DNA of 35,276 nucleotides from an uncultured bacterium (GTDB lineage: Bacteria > Fidelibacterota > Marinisomatia > Marinisomatales > UBA1611). Numbering within the stretch: position 1 is the stretch's first letter; each line of letters starts with the position of its first letter. Under the pieces are notes generated by a model. It made no database searches. It was not told where the DNA came from and saw only the letters and a program-made list of their open reading frames with translations. This document shows, piece by piece, positions 1 to 10,354 of the stretch. The stretch spans positions 1-35,276 of the forward strand of contig CAYFIF010000003.1 of NCBI GenBank assembly GCA_964343085.1, in the 5' to 3' direction. Both the position numbers and the translations under genes were made by a program.

Positions 1-1182
1 TCTAACGAGCATATCGCCTAAACCTAAAATACCAAGTCCAACTCGCCTATCATTAGTTGCATTTTGTTTCTGATCTGGTAATGCATGCCGATCCATATTA
101 TAATCAATTACATTATCAAGAAAACGTGTTCCAATTGCGACAGTTTCCTTGAAATCTTCTATGTTGAAATTCCCTTTTTCATCAACAAACCTTTCAAGGT
201 TTACTGCGCCTAAATTACAACATCCACCATCAGGCAGTGGTTGTTCGGCACAAGGATTAGTTGAGACCAATGGTGAACAATATTCTGCATTATGATAATC
301 AGTCATTGTATCCCAAAAAAGAAGCCCTGGTTCTGCGCTTGCGTGAGCATGTTCAATAATTTTATTCCATAAGTTTTTAGCATTAACTGTTTTATATAAT
401 TTATTATCATATTTCAATTCAAAATCTGAATTTGTTTTTACTGCATTCATGAATTCATGTGTTAATAGGACAGATATATTCGAATACTTGACCATATCTA
501 CATCACCTGTTTTAATAGAAATAAATTTTTCTATGTCGGGGTGGTCAATTCTTAAGGTTTGCATATTTGCACCCCTTCTACCATGCTGTGCGATGGTGTT
601 TGTATTCTCACTGAAAAGATTCATAAACCCAGTTGGTCCGCAGGATTCACCACCTGTACCGTTTATTGCTTCTCCAGCGGGTCTTAATACTGATAGATCG
701 TGACCGCAGCCGCCGCCGAATTTATATGTGAGAGCTTCATTTATTATTGTTTCATAAATTGATTTAACTGAATCATTTTTTACTGCAACTACATAACAAT
801 TGTTTAATGTTGTGGTAATATCTTCTCTCCCTGCGCCATGCATTATACGGCCACCTGGAACAAATTTGTAATCTTCTAAGATTTGAAAGAATTTTTTCTC
901 CCATTCATTTTTTAGTGATTTTGTTTTTTCTACTGATGCTATTGCGTGAGCTTGCCTTTGCCATAATTCCCATGGATGTTTTTCCCATGGTGCTAGGTAT
1001 TTATTTTCTAAAACGTCTGATCCTAGATTATCATTCTTGTAATATTTTTCAATTTTATACTTTTCAGGGAGTTTTATTTCATTCAGTAACTCTTGCTTCT
1101 TATTTGGTTTATGATTTGGGGGATCAACTTTCTGTATGGTAGTTTGGTCTAAGGATAGGTCCAGTTCGATAGCTTCTGCCAT
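1..1182 (-). CDS. nrdJ: Class II (adenosylcobalamin-dependent) ribonucleotide reductase, N-terminal part; runs off the window start
   Basis: Manual translation of the minus strand from ATG at 1182 (GAGGAG RBS upstream): MAEAIELDLS...FVPGGRIM...TLNNCYV...GGGCG...GRRGANM...HPDIEKFI...AEPGLLFWD...STNPCAEQPL...CNLGAVNL...RRVGLGILGLGD. NPCxEQ carries the catalytic thiyl Cys. No N-terminal ATP cone recognised. Class II is inferred from motif style. Confidence 0.92.
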   Translation of the reverse strand, partial: MAEAIELDLSLDQTTIQKVDPPNHKPNKKQELLNEIKLPEKYKIEKYYKNDNLGSDVLENKYLAPWEKHPWELWQRQAHAIASVEKTKSLKNEWEKKFFQILEDYKFVPGGRIMHGAGREDITTTLNNCYVVAVKNDSVKSIYETIINEALTYKFGGGCGHDLSVLRPAGEAINGTGGESCGPTGFMNLFSENTNTIAQHGRRGANMQTLRIDHPDIEKFISIKTGDVDMVKYSNISVLLTHEFMNAVKTNSDFELKYDNKLYKTVNAKNLWNKIIEHAHASAEPGLLFWDTMTDYHNAEYCSPLVSTNPCAEQPLPDGGCCNLGAVNLERFVDEKGNFNIEDFKETVAIGTRFLDNVIDYNMDRHALPDQKQNATNDRRVGLGILGLGDMLVR

Positions 1183-1437
1183 TTGTACTCCTCATTTTTG
1201 GTTTGGTATGTGGGACATTGATACATCGCGCACAACATCCATTTGATATAAGGATAAATTCGCAATAAATGAAATTACAATTTCTTGCTTGGTTGGCTAG
1301 ATTGAATATAGAAACTGAATTTTTTATAACACAAGAAGTAAAATAATTTTTTTGGCTATTTTTGTGATTTGTGTTTTCATTACTATGAATTTGTTTAGTG
1401 AAATATTAAAATAATACCACCCAGGATTGGAATTAAA

Positions 1438-2229
1438 TTGAATAATTATTTTAAAAATACAATAAATTTATTGCCCATAAGGATAATTATGGTGTTATTA
1501 ACTATTTCTATATCAACAGTTTTGTCTAAAAATATGAAACAAGAAATTGTTAGGAATAAATTAGGAATAAAAAAAACACTTATCTATACGGATGAAGGTA
1601 TAAATGGCATAAATATTAAAAAAAAAATAACATATTTTGATGATGGTTTAAAATACTCTTACTATTCATATAAAAATAATGTTAGACATGGAAAATATGG
1701 TCAATGGTCGAAAAAGATTGAAATAATGCCAAGTGGAGAAATAAAACAAATGCATTTTTTATCGCAAAGAGGATATTACAAAAATGGCAAGCTAGAGGGC
1801 TTATCTAAATCCTATTATTCAAACGGACAAGTTTTTTGGAATGGGTCATATAAAAATGGCAATGTAGAAGGGGCGGTGATCGAATACCATATGAATGGTA
1901 AAATTCATCGAAAACTTAATTATGTAAATGGGGATAAACATGGAGTTTATCTTTCATTTTTTAAAACCGGTTCTCCAGAACTCGAAGGAGAATATTACCA
2001 TGGTATACGAATTGGCAATTGGAAATTTTTTAATTCTGACTCAAGTATTGTAGAAGAAATCAAATACAATGATGGAATCGCTTGGGAAGGGACATATACC
2101 ATATGGGATACGAATAGAGTCGAAATAACTTGTTCTGGTGATTTAGCTACACCTGTCCTAGTCTACAATAAAGGGAACTTATCTAAGGCATACAGAGATG
2201 AAAACCTAGATATAAAATTTTGCAATTAA
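1438..2229 (+). CDS. Exported MORN-variant repeat protein (YwqK-like)
   Basis: Repeated YKNGKLEG / YKNGNVEG / YVNGDKHG / YYHGIRIG units; hydrophobic N-terminal stretch. Start uncertain (TTG 1438, TTG 1471 or ATG 1489). Confidence 0.8.
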   Translation: MNNYFKNTINLLPIRIIMVLLTISISTVLSKNMKQEIVRNKLGIKKTLIYTDEGINGINIKKKITYFDDGLKYSYYSYKNNVRHGKYGQWSKKIEIMPSGEIKQMHFLSQRGYYKNGKLEGLSKSYYSNGQVFWNGSYKNGNVEGAVIEYHMNGKIHRKLNYVNGDKHGVYLSFFKTGSPELEGEYYHGIRIGNWKFFNSDSSIVEEIKYNDGIAWEGTYTIWDTNRVEITCSGDLATPVLVYNKGNLSKAYRDENLDIKFCN

Positions 2230-2285
2230 TAAATTCACAGATTTATGAACTCAATTTTAGACCAAAACTCTATTTGATCTAATAG

Positions 2286-3629
2286 ATGATTAGAATATTT
2301 ATATATCCGTTTGTAAATAATTTAAATGACCTTGAAAAAGATAACTATATTTCTTTTTTAAGGAAGCTGATTTTATCATTAGGGTTGTTTAGATCTGATA
2401 TTTTTTGGTACATAGTTGTACCTAAATTTTCAACAGATAAGATGCGTCTAACGAAACAAATAAAAAAAATGTTCCGTTTGAGTAATCTAAAACAAATTAC
2501 ACTTCTGGCAAATAAGAATTATCATATTCAGACTAAATTGAACTATTCAGAAATGAAAAAAATTTCTTGGAGAGACTATAGTATTGATATTGTAATAACA
2601 AACTTACCTGAACAAAATATATATCTGAAAAAATATTTTTCAAAATTCACAAATATTAATCCAAAGTTTATTTCTTTTTCTCATTGGGATGATTTTGGAG
2701 TTGGCTTCAAAGGAAAAGAGACACTATTAATAAATCTTATTAGTTATCTTGTAATGGACGTTTGTTATTTTAATACAGCTACGGAGAAAGATGTCCTAAT
2801 TGAAAAAGCAGTTAAGACTTTTAATGTTAATACAGTGAGAAAATTAAATGAATTGATAAAAGTTTTTAAATATCCATCGCTACCCGTACTTCCAGAAGTT
2901 CATTCTGATTTTGATTCAAGCCCACTAAGAATTATCGTTTTTAATCATAAACCTAATACGGAAAAAAGCTTTCCGTTGTTCTGTGCATCTATAGAAGAAC
3001 TCTGGATGAAAAGGAAAGATTTTCGAGTCTGGGTACCTTATTATCAAAAACGTAGAATTCCTTTTGAATGGATGATCACTGATATTCCAAAAGAGAGTAC
3101 CGATGATTATTACTACGGTTTAAAAAGATGTTACGTTGGGGTCTCACCTAGAAGTATTCAAACCAATTGGAAAGTATCTACTGTAGATGGCATGCTATGT
3201 GGCCTCCCATATATACTGTACGATTCTGATTATTACCAGCCTTTGAATCCAAGTGCTGATAAGTATAAGAATCGTAGACAATTAAATAAACATCTAGAGT
3301 TTTATTTAGATAACTTAGAATATCGGAATGATAAAGCCAAAGAAGCACTTTCATATGTACACCAAAACTATTTTCTTTATTCTGTAACCGGTGACATAAG
3401 TAATCAAATCAGCACATTATATAAAAACCAAAAAAAGATAATTTCTTCAAAGGCTAGAGAGTTAGCTGAATTGATAAAAAAAGAAAAACGCATTAGCCAA
3501 AGGGATCTACTTAGAAGAATGGTTTGGGGTGCAGAAACTAAATTTAATGAGTACAGAAGCTACTTACTTTCAGATAAAAACATTGTTGAAGAAAAAGACC
3601 ATTGGAAATCAATATACCTAAAAGGATAA
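2286..3629 (+). CDS. Putative GT-B fold glycosyltransferase with a basic C-terminal extension
   Basis: 447-aa ORF. The segments IIVFNHK...F...LW..R.DF.VWVP and W..STVDGMLCGLPYI resemble the nucleotide-sugar-binding half of GT-B/GT4 enzymes. Confidence 0.6.
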   Translation: MIRIFIYPFVNNLNDLEKDNYISFLRKLILSLGLFRSDIFWYIVVPKFSTDKMRLTKQIKKMFRLSNLKQITLLANKNYHIQTKLNYSEMKKISWRDYSIDIVITNLPEQNIYLKKYFSKFTNINPKFISFSHWDDFGVGFKGKETLLINLISYLVMDVCYFNTATEKDVLIEKAVKTFNVNTVRKLNELIKVFKYPSLPVLPEVHSDFDSSPLRIIVFNHKPNTEKSFPLFCASIEELWMKRKDFRVWVPYYQKRRIPFEWMITDIPKESTDDYYYGLKRCYVGVSPRSIQTNWKVSTVDGMLCGLPYILYDSDYYQPLNPSADKYKNRRQLNKHLEFYLDNLEYRNDKAKEALSYVHQNYFLYSVTGDISNQISTLYKNQKKIISSKARELAELIKKEKRISQRDLLRRMVWGAETKFNEYRSYLLSDKNIVEEKDHWKSIYLKG

Positions 3630-3656
3630 ATTGTTTTATGATAAGGTTAAAATAAA

Positions 3657-4130
3657 ATGGAGAAATTAAAAGTAAATGTAAACGGTGAAAAAGCCTTGAT
3701 TAAATCATCAGGGGATACTCCTTTGTTATGGGTTTTAAGAGATGAATTAAAATTAACAGGCACTAAATTTGGATGCGGACGCGGACTCTGCGGTTCTTGT
3801 ACCGTTCATTTGAATGGAGTAGAGACTAGATCATGCCAAATCTCAATTGATAGTTTAGAAGAGGATGATAAAATAACAACGATTGAGGGCTTATCGTTAG
3901 ATGGAGATCACCCTGTTCAAAAAGCATGGATAGAACATGATGTACCTCAATGCGGATATTGCCAATCGGGACAAATAATGACAGCGGCTGCTTTTTTAGA
4001 AAGAAATAAAAATCCCAATGATCAAGAAATTGATGATATAATGAAAATGAATATATGTAGATGTGGAACATATCAAAGAATTCGAAAAGCAATTCACGCA
4101 TCATCTAAGAAGATGAATAATAATGACTAA
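3657..4130 (+). CDS. iorA: Molybdo-hydroxylase small subunit, 2x[2Fe-2S] (isoquinoline 1-oxidoreductase alpha-like)
   Basis: [23 protein letters not shown] and CRCGTY motifs. Confidence 0.92.
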   Translation: MEKLKVNVNGEKALIKSSGDTPLLWVLRDELKLTGTKFGCGRGLCGSCTVHLNGVETRSCQISIDSLEEDDKITTIEGLSLDGDHPVQKAWIEHDVPQCGYCQSGQIMTAAAFLERNKNPNDQEIDDIMKMNICRCGTYQRIRKAIHASSKKMNNND

Positions 4131-6285
4131 AAACGAATTTTCCCGAAGAGATTTTTTAAAGGTTGGTTCTTTGCTAGGATCTGGATTAGCTATTGGTTTT
4201 TATCTTCCCTTTGGAAATAAACTGATGGGAATCCAAAAAGTTAGTTTTGAGCCTAACGCATTCATTAATGTTTTTCCAGATGATAGAATTATTATATCTG
4301 TTGCAAAAGCTGAAATGGGTCAAGGTGTATGGACTTCATTGCCTATGTTAATAGCAGAAGAGATGGATGCAGATTGGTCTAAAATCAAAATAATACAAAG
4401 TAGCGATTCCAGTTTTATAGGGACCGGAGGTAGTGGTTCTATTAGCAGGTATGGGTGGAAAAAAATGAGAAAAGCTGGTGCAATAGCAAGATATATGTTA
4501 GTGGAGGCTGCATCATTGAAATGGAAGGTAAGTCCTTTAGAGTGTGATGTTAAACAAAATTTAGTTTATCACAAACCAAGTGGTAGAAGACAATCTTTTG
4601 GTTCACTAACAAAATCTGCATCTAAATTAAAAATACCTAAAAAAGTACAACTAAAGAATCCTAAGGATTATACACTAGTTGGATTTGATACTTTAAGAAA
4701 GGATTCCTTTTCTAAATCAAATGGTACAGCTCAGTATTCCATGGATATAAATATAGATGGAATGGTATTCGCTATGGTTAAGAGGCCCTCTAGTTTTGGC
4801 GCGGAGTATATCAGTTCAAATCTAGAAGAAATAAAAAAGCAACCGGGTATAATAGATGTCGTATTAATACCAAGAGGTGTTGCAGTAGTTGGGGAAAATA
4901 CATGGAGTGTGATTAAAGCTAAAAAGAATCTTAAAGTAGAGTGGAGCAAAAAGAATCCTATAAATAATGATAGCGAAGTTTATTCTACATATATGGAAAA
5001 ATTAATTTTAGAAAAAGCAGACGTTGCAAAAAAGAAAGGAAAACCAAAAAAAATATCAAAGGAAGGTAATAATATCTTCAAAGCAAAATATTCTTTACCT
5101 TTTCAGGCACATGCTGCAATGGAACCCTGTAACTGTGTAGTGAATGTAAAAAATGATTCCTGTGAAATTTGGGCTGGAACGCAAAATCCTAAAAATGCTA
5201 TAGATCGTGCTTCTAAGATTACTGGTTTAGATAAGAAAAAAATAAAAATAAATGTTACTTTTCTAGGTGGAGGTTTTGGAAGGAAATCATTCAATGATTT
5301 TATTGATGAAGGATTATATATTTCACAAAAGCTCAAAATGCCCACTAAAATCATTTGGGATAGAGAGGATGATACTAAGCATGGATTTTATAGACCCTCT
5401 AGCATCCATTATTTAGAAGGCTCAATTAAGGATGAAAGTATAAATTTATGGAAGCATAAGATTGTATCTCCGGATGCAGCAGCTCAACAAATGGTTTATC
5501 AGTATGGAGCTTCTTTACCAGGTTTAGCTAGAGGAATAATGAGTTTAGATTTTGTAAAGAAAAAAATGTCTTTTATTGCAGAAGGTGCCAAGAATATTAA
5601 ATATAATTTTCCTAATATGCTTATCGAGACTAAGCCATTTGAGACTGATGTACCTCTGGGATTTTGGAGAGCCGTTTATGATTCACAAAATTCTTTCGCG
5701 AATGAATGCTTTATTGATGAACTGGCTTATAGAGATCGTATTGATCCCATTGATTTAAGGTTAAAGCATGTAGAGTCTAATTCGAGAATTGCGAAGGTAT
5801 TAAAAGTAGCTAAAAAAAAATCTGCCTGGGCAAAGAAATCAAAACCAAATAGGTATCAGGGTTTTGCATATCATCACTCCTTTGGTACACATGTTGCTGA
5901 GGTTGCTGAAATTTCTTTATCCAGGTCTAATAAAATTAGAGTCCACAGAGTAACTTGCGTTGTAGACTGTGGTCAAACTGTAAATCCTATGACAATAAGA
6001 GCACAAATGCAAAGTGCAATTGTTTTTGGTATTGGGGCAACAATAAAAGACGAAATTACCATAAAAAATGGAAGGGTGAATCAAAGTAACTACCATGATT
6101 ATAGGGTATTAAGATTCAATGAAATGCCAAAAGTTGATGTTCACATAATTAAAAATAATCAAGCTCCTGGTGGAGTAGGAGAGCCAGGACTTCCTCCAAT
6201 CGCCCCGGCAATCGCGAATGCAGTATTTTCTGCTACGGGTAAACGAATAAGAAAACTACCTATTTTAGCAAGTGATATTATTTAA
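4123..6285 (+). CDS. iorB: Molybdopterin-binding large subunit (IorB-like, xanthine dehydrogenase family), Tat-exported
   Basis: Tat motif SRRDFLK; AEMGQG, HAAMEP, LGGGFGR, GFWRAV and [10 protein letters not shown] motifs; overlaps iorA by 8 bp. The true substrate is unknown. Confidence 0.9.
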   Translation: MTKNEFSRRDFLKVGSLLGSGLAIGFYLPFGNKLMGIQKVSFEPNAFINVFPDDRIIISVAKAEMGQGVWTSLPMLIAEEMDADWSKIKIIQSSDSSFIGTGGSGSISRYGWKKMRKAGAIARYMLVEAASLKWKVSPLECDVKQNLVYHKPSGRRQSFGSLTKSASKLKIPKKVQLKNPKDYTLVGFDTLRKDSFSKSNGTAQYSMDINIDGMVFAMVKRPSSFGAEYISSNLEEIKKQPGIIDVVLIPRGVAVVGENTWSVIKAKKNLKVEWSKKNPINNDSEVYSTYMEKLILEKADVAKKKGKPKKISKEGNNIFKAKYSLPFQAHAAMEPCNCVVNVKNDSCEIWAGTQNPKNAIDRASKITGLDKKKIKINVTFLGGGFGRKSFNDFIDEGLYISQKLKMPTKIIWDREDDTKHGFYRPSSIHYLEGSIKDESINLWKHKIVSPDAAAQQMVYQYGASLPGLARGIMSLDFVKKKMSFIAEGAKNIKYNFPNMLIETKPFETDVPLGFWRAVYDSQNSFANECFIDELAYRDRIDPIDLRLKHVESNSRIAKVLKVAKKKSAWAKKSKPNRYQGFAYHHSFGTHVAEVAEISLSRSNKIRVHRVTCVVDCGQTVNPMTIRAQMQSAIVFGIGATIKDEITIKNGRVNQSNYHDYRVLRFNEMPKVDVHIIKNNQAPGGVGEPGLPPIAPAIANAVFSATGKRIRKLPILASDII

Positions 6286-6341
6286 AAGAACTAAATATCT
6301 TTTCAGATTAACTGAAGCCAAAAAGTATAATAAAACATCTT

Positions 6342-7658
6342 TTGTTAAATAAAATAATTCTTTTAATTATAATTTATTTTTCGGTTCATGGATGTGATTC
6401 ACCTCAGCAACCAAAAAAAGATAATATTCCTCCCAGCGCTATTATTTTACATCCACCATCTGGCCATATAGTTAGTGAAATTGCGCTGATTCAAATCCGA
6501 GCAGATGATGATAATGGCATAAATACTGTAGAGCTACTTGTAAATGATAATGCGATTTATGAAGCAGAGAAATCAGATTCAATATTTATTGCTTATTGGA
6601 ATACTACAACTTATCAGAATGATCAATATTTGGTTCAAGCAAAAGTAATCGATCTAGATAAAAATTCAACTATTTCTGATTCCATTTTTTTATTTGTAGA
6701 TAACAGTTTATCATCTCCTCAGCCGCAGAACATCACATCAATTCATTACGATCATAGCAAGATGACAATCAATTGGGATTCATCACTAGAAACTGATTTG
6801 TTAGCATATGAAATTTTAATCTCAGATTCATACAATGGTTTCAAGACAAGTTTTGCGTATATATATGATTCCACAGCTACACCACATCTGATAACAAATG
6901 ATTATAATCCTGCTGAGGAAAAATATTACTGGCTAAAAGTGATTGATTCCTTTTTTTATTTTTCTATTGGAAATGGTTATAGATTGATGGACGATTATCC
7001 TAAGCCTTCATCTTTATTTCCTATAGTAGAAGAAGATAGCTTAATTTTTTTCGTTTGGACCACCAATAGAGATTCCGATTTTGTATCATATTCATTGAAT
7101 ATGTCTGATTATGAGAACATGGACTATAATGTTGATATATTTTCATCTACAAGTAGAATGGATACTATTTTTTCATTACCGAGAATTACATCTAAACATT
7201 ATTTTAACATAGAAGTAAAAGATTATTGGGGTTTGGAGACACCTGGTAATATCCAGATAATGGATTTAGGAGTCGCACCCATCATAAATAGTATATCTAT
7301 TCCAGATACTATAAATATTCCAGAATTTGGACAAGATACTTTATATTCAGTAAATACGAATGTAACAGATGAAGATGGCCTAGATAATATTTCGACTGTA
7401 ATGTTCAAATCATTTTTAAATCAAACTGATTCAATTATTCATGATACGATTTATGTGTTTTTATATGATGATGGTGGTTTAAATATTATTGATAGTTCTT
7501 TCTCTAGCGGAGATATTGAGCATGGTGATGGAGTATATTCATGCCAGGTTCTAATTGATTCTAGTATTAAAACTGGCGTTTATAGTTGGATTTTTAGTGC
7601 CACCGATTTAGATCAAAGAATAAGTAATACCAAAGAAGCCACAGTTGTAGTTCAGTAA
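6342..7658 (+). CDS. Lipoprotein with an Ig-like domain, two FN3-like repeats and a C-terminal LYDDG...GD...GDGVYS module
   Basis: Lipobox VHGC; Big-type domain (ADDDNGINTVELLVN...WNTT); two related P..+W....D...Y segments; C-terminal motif resembling choice-of-anchor X. Confidence 0.7.
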   Translation: MLNKIILLIIIYFSVHGCDSPQQPKKDNIPPSAIILHPPSGHIVSEIALIQIRADDDNGINTVELLVNDNAIYEAEKSDSIFIAYWNTTTYQNDQYLVQAKVIDLDKNSTISDSIFLFVDNSLSSPQPQNITSIHYDHSKMTINWDSSLETDLLAYEILISDSYNGFKTSFAYIYDSTATPHLITNDYNPAEEKYYWLKVIDSFFYFSIGNGYRLMDDYPKPSSLFPIVEEDSLIFFVWTTNRDSDFVSYSLNMSDYENMDYNVDIFSSTSRMDTIFSLPRITSKHYFNIEVKDYWGLETPGNIQIMDLGVAPIINSISIPDTINIPEFGQDTLYSVNTNVTDEDGLDNISTVMFKSFLNQTDSIIHDTIYVFLYDDGGLNIIDSSFSSGDIEHGDGVYSCQVLIDSSIKTGVYSWIFSATDLDQRISNTKEATVVVQ

Positions 7659-7720
7659 AATTGCATTACAAAGAAATTTTTAATATTATATAAATAAAAA
7701 GAAACTAAATGAAATTAATC

Positions 7721-8275
7721 TTACATAGGTTGGTTATGCTCAAGTTTTCTCCGATAATATTCAAATACTTTTTTGGTACCCTGCCAATTTGCTACTTTAT
7801 CAACGACAAAAACATTGCCTTTGAAATTTGAAGATATTCCCTCCAAGACGTGTCCTGTTATATATTTTAAATGATTTTTTTTTCGTGCCCAATTTAAATA
7901 AACACGTTTAAGCATTTTTGCATAGCCATTTGATTTATATTTTTTATTAATAACAAATGCATAGGTATATAGTGTGTTATTTTTTCCAAAATTCACATCC
8001 ATTCGTGCCCAAGGTTCTCTATCTAATGTTTCAAGAGGTACTCCAATAATATAACCAATAATTTTATCTCTATATCGTGCAATAAAAGGGAGCGAACCGT
8101 GTCTATTAAAATATAATTCTATTGTGGCTTCTGTAAGTTCTGTTTCTGGACCAAATTCTTCTGATAAGACCTTGGAGATTTCGATTAATTCTTCATGATC
8201 ATTTTCCCCAATTTTTTCCACCAGTTCAATTTGAAATACACCACTTGATGCAATTGTTTTTGTAATTGATTTCAT
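7721..8275 (-). CDS. GNAT-like N-acetyltransferase
   Basis: YTYAFVINKKYKSNGYAKML resembles GNAT motif A; preceded by IIGYIIG strand. Confidence 0.65.
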   Translation of the reverse strand: MKSITKTIASSGVFQIELVEKIGENDHEELIEISKVLSEEFGPETELTEATIELYFNRHGSLPFIARYRDKIIGYIIGVPLETLDREPWARMDVNFGKNNTLYTYAFVINKKYKSNGYAKMLKRVYLNWARKKNHLKYITGHVLEGISSNFKGNVFVVDKVANWQGTKKVFEYYRRKLEHNQPM

Positions 8276-8395
8276 ATGTTATAAAATTTCAAATAGTAAG
8301 TATTATAAATTTTTTAAATACAGTTAATTATAATTGTAATAAATTAAAAAATCAAATTTGTAGATAGTAGAATTATAAGGGTAACTTTAGAATCT

Positions 8396-9190
8396 ATGGA
8401 ATCTTTCAATGGTCGACTTAAATCACTTATAGCAAAAAAAAAGTCATGCCTTTGTATTGGCTTAGACATGGATCCAAAATTATTAAATACTACAAAATTG
8501 GAGAAATTAAAGGATCATTCTCGTTTAGTTATTGATGCTACAATTGATTTGGCAATAGCATTTAAACCGAATTTTGCTTTTTTTGAAAGATGGGGTAGTG
8601 CGGGCTTTAGTTGGTTAGAAGAGATAGTGGAATATATTGGAGATGATTTAATTACAATTGCTGATGCTAAACGAGGTGATATTGGGAATACAGCTTTACA
8701 ATATGCGCATAGTGTATTCTCGCATTTTTGTTTTGACTCGGTTACTCTTAATCCATATATGGGTTCCGATAGTATTAAACCATTTTTAGATTATCCAGGA
8801 AAAGGTGTTTTTATTTTATGTAAAACTTCAAATGCCTCTTCTATCCAATTTCAAAATTTAAATCTAAATAAAAAGCTATTATATGAGAAGGTTGTTGAAA
8901 TGGCGCTTGATTCTAATAAAAATAAAAATGTTGGACTAGTTGTTGGTGCCACAGCTCAAGAAGAGTTAAAAGCTATACGTAAATTGGCACCAGAATTACC
9001 ATTGTTAATTCCTGGTGTGGGTGCACAGGGGGGAGATCTATTTAGAAGTGTGAAAACTGGAAATAAGAATGGAGCTGCTTTAATTAGCGTATCCAGAGGA
9101 ATAAGTTTTGCTGGAGATCTTAGTAAAAAGGCCATTAGACAAGAGGCTAAAAAATATGTCGAGAAAATGGCTGAAGCTTTGAATGGATAA
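8396..9190 (+). CDS. pyrF: Orotidine-5'-phosphate decarboxylase (subfamily 2)
   Basis: CIGLD, FKPNFAFFE, DAKRGDIGNT, LVVGAT and LLIPGVGAQGG motifs. Confidence 0.97.
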   Translation: MESFNGRLKSLIAKKKSCLCIGLDMDPKLLNTTKLEKLKDHSRLVIDATIDLAIAFKPNFAFFERWGSAGFSWLEEIVEYIGDDLITIADAKRGDIGNTALQYAHSVFSHFCFDSVTLNPYMGSDSIKPFLDYPGKGVFILCKTSNASSIQFQNLNLNKKLLYEKVVEMALDSNKNKNVGLVVGATAQEELKAIRKLAPELPLLIPGVGAQGGDLFRSVKTGNKNGAALISVSRGISFAGDLSKKAIRQEAKKYVEKMAEALNG

Positions 9191-9755
9191 AAATAAAATA
9201 ATTGAAATTTTTAAGCATACGGGATCTCTTATTGAGGGGCATTTTGTTCTTAGTTCTGGTTTACACAGTGATAAATATTTTCAATGTGCAAAAGTTTTGC
9301 AATTCCCAGAGCATTTGACAAAATTTGCACGGCTCATATCTAATAATTTTAAAAGTTACAAGCCAGAAGTTGTTATTTCACCAGCTATTGGTGGTGTTGT
9401 TTTAGGTACTGAAATTGGTCGCCAACTAGGGATCAGAACAATTTTCGCAGAAAGAAAAAATGGTAAGATGGTTATTCGAAGAGGCTTTAATATTAGACCT
9501 GCGGAAAGGGTTTTAATTATTGAAGATGTTGTTACCACTGGTGGGTCAGTTCAGGAGGTAAAAGACTGTGTTGAAGCTAGTAAGGGCAAAATTATAGGTA
9601 TAGGAATTCTAGTTGATAGGAGCAATGGATCTGCTAGATTACATGAAAATCAATTTGCACTAATAAACTTGGAAGTGGCAAGCTATTCAGAGGAAGATTT
9701 ACCTGATGAGCTTTCAATGCTTCCGATTAAAAAACCAGGGAGTCGTTTCTCATGA
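9183..9755 (+). CDS. pyrE: Orotate phosphoribosyltransferase
   Basis: GHFVLSSGLHS and PRPP-binding motif IIEDVVTTGGS. Confidence 0.96.
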   Translation: MDKNKIIEIFKHTGSLIEGHFVLSSGLHSDKYFQCAKVLQFPEHLTKFARLISNNFKSYKPEVVISPAIGGVVLGTEIGRQLGIRTIFAERKNGKMVIRRGFNIRPAERVLIIEDVVTTGGSVQEVKDCVEASKGKIIGIGILVDRSNGSARLHENQFALINLEVASYSEEDLPDELSMLPIKKPGSRFS

Positions 9756-10354
9756 AAAAAATAATTGAGTTTATTTTAATCATATCATTAATAGGAGTTT
9801 CATTTATGAGTTGTGATAAACCAACAAAAGATGTGGCAGTAATCTCTACCAAATTTGGAGATATGATAATAGAATTTTTTCCTGAAGTAGCACCAATGCA
9901 TGTAGAGAGTTTCATTATGCATGCAAAAAATGGTTACTATAATGGGACTATATTTCATAGAGTTATACCAGGTTTTGTAATCCAGGGTGGAGATCCAAAT
10001 AGTAAAAATGATGATAGAAGTAGACATGGAACTGGTGGGCACGCTGCAAAATATTATGGAGTTGGTAACGAGAAAGACTCTTCTTCATGGATGTTGCCAT
10101 CAGAGTTCAATTCTATCGAGCACAAATTAGGTATTCTTTCTATGGCGCGAGCACAAGATCCAAATAGTGCGGGTAGTCAGTTTTTCATATGTGCTGCAAA
10201 TGCTCCGATGTTAAATAATAACTATACTGTATTTGGAAAAGTTATTGAAGGGCAACCAATCATAAATCAAATAGTAAATTCCAAGCGTGATGGCAGGGAT
10301 AATCCTTTGGAGAAAATAGAAATGACAATAAGGATGGAAAAAAGGGATAAGTGA
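9752..10354 (+). CDS. Cyclophilin-type peptidyl-prolyl isomerase, probable lipoprotein
   Basis: FHRVIPGFVIQGGD, SMARA..PNSAGSQFFI and YTVFGKV motifs; signal peptide ending FMSC. Confidence 0.93.
   Translation: MKKIIEFILIISLIGVSFMSCDKPTKDVAVISTKFGDMIIEFFPEVAPMHVESFIMHAKNGYYNGTIFHRVIPGFVIQGGDPNSKNDDRSRHGTGGHAAKYYGVGNEKDSSSWMLPSEFNSIEHKLGILSMARAQDPNSAGSQFFICAANAPMLNNNYTVFGKVIEGQPIINQIVNSKRDGRDNPLEKIEMTIRMEKRDK

Noticed and set aside
449-1142. ORF-track ORFs 449-703 and 915-1142 (+), and the other short ORFs overlapping long genes
   Set aside because: Shadow ORFs antisense or out of frame to nrdJ and other well-supported genes; no recognisable motifs.
1275-1290. Possible NrdR box (TTACAATTTCTTGCTT) upstream of nrdJ
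   Set aside because: Only a partial match in AT-rich DNA, and no convincing second box at the usual spacing.
1438-2229. YwqK-like antitoxin of a toxin-antitoxin pair
   Set aside because: The similarity reflects generic MORN-variant repeats; no adjacent toxin, and the protein seems exported.
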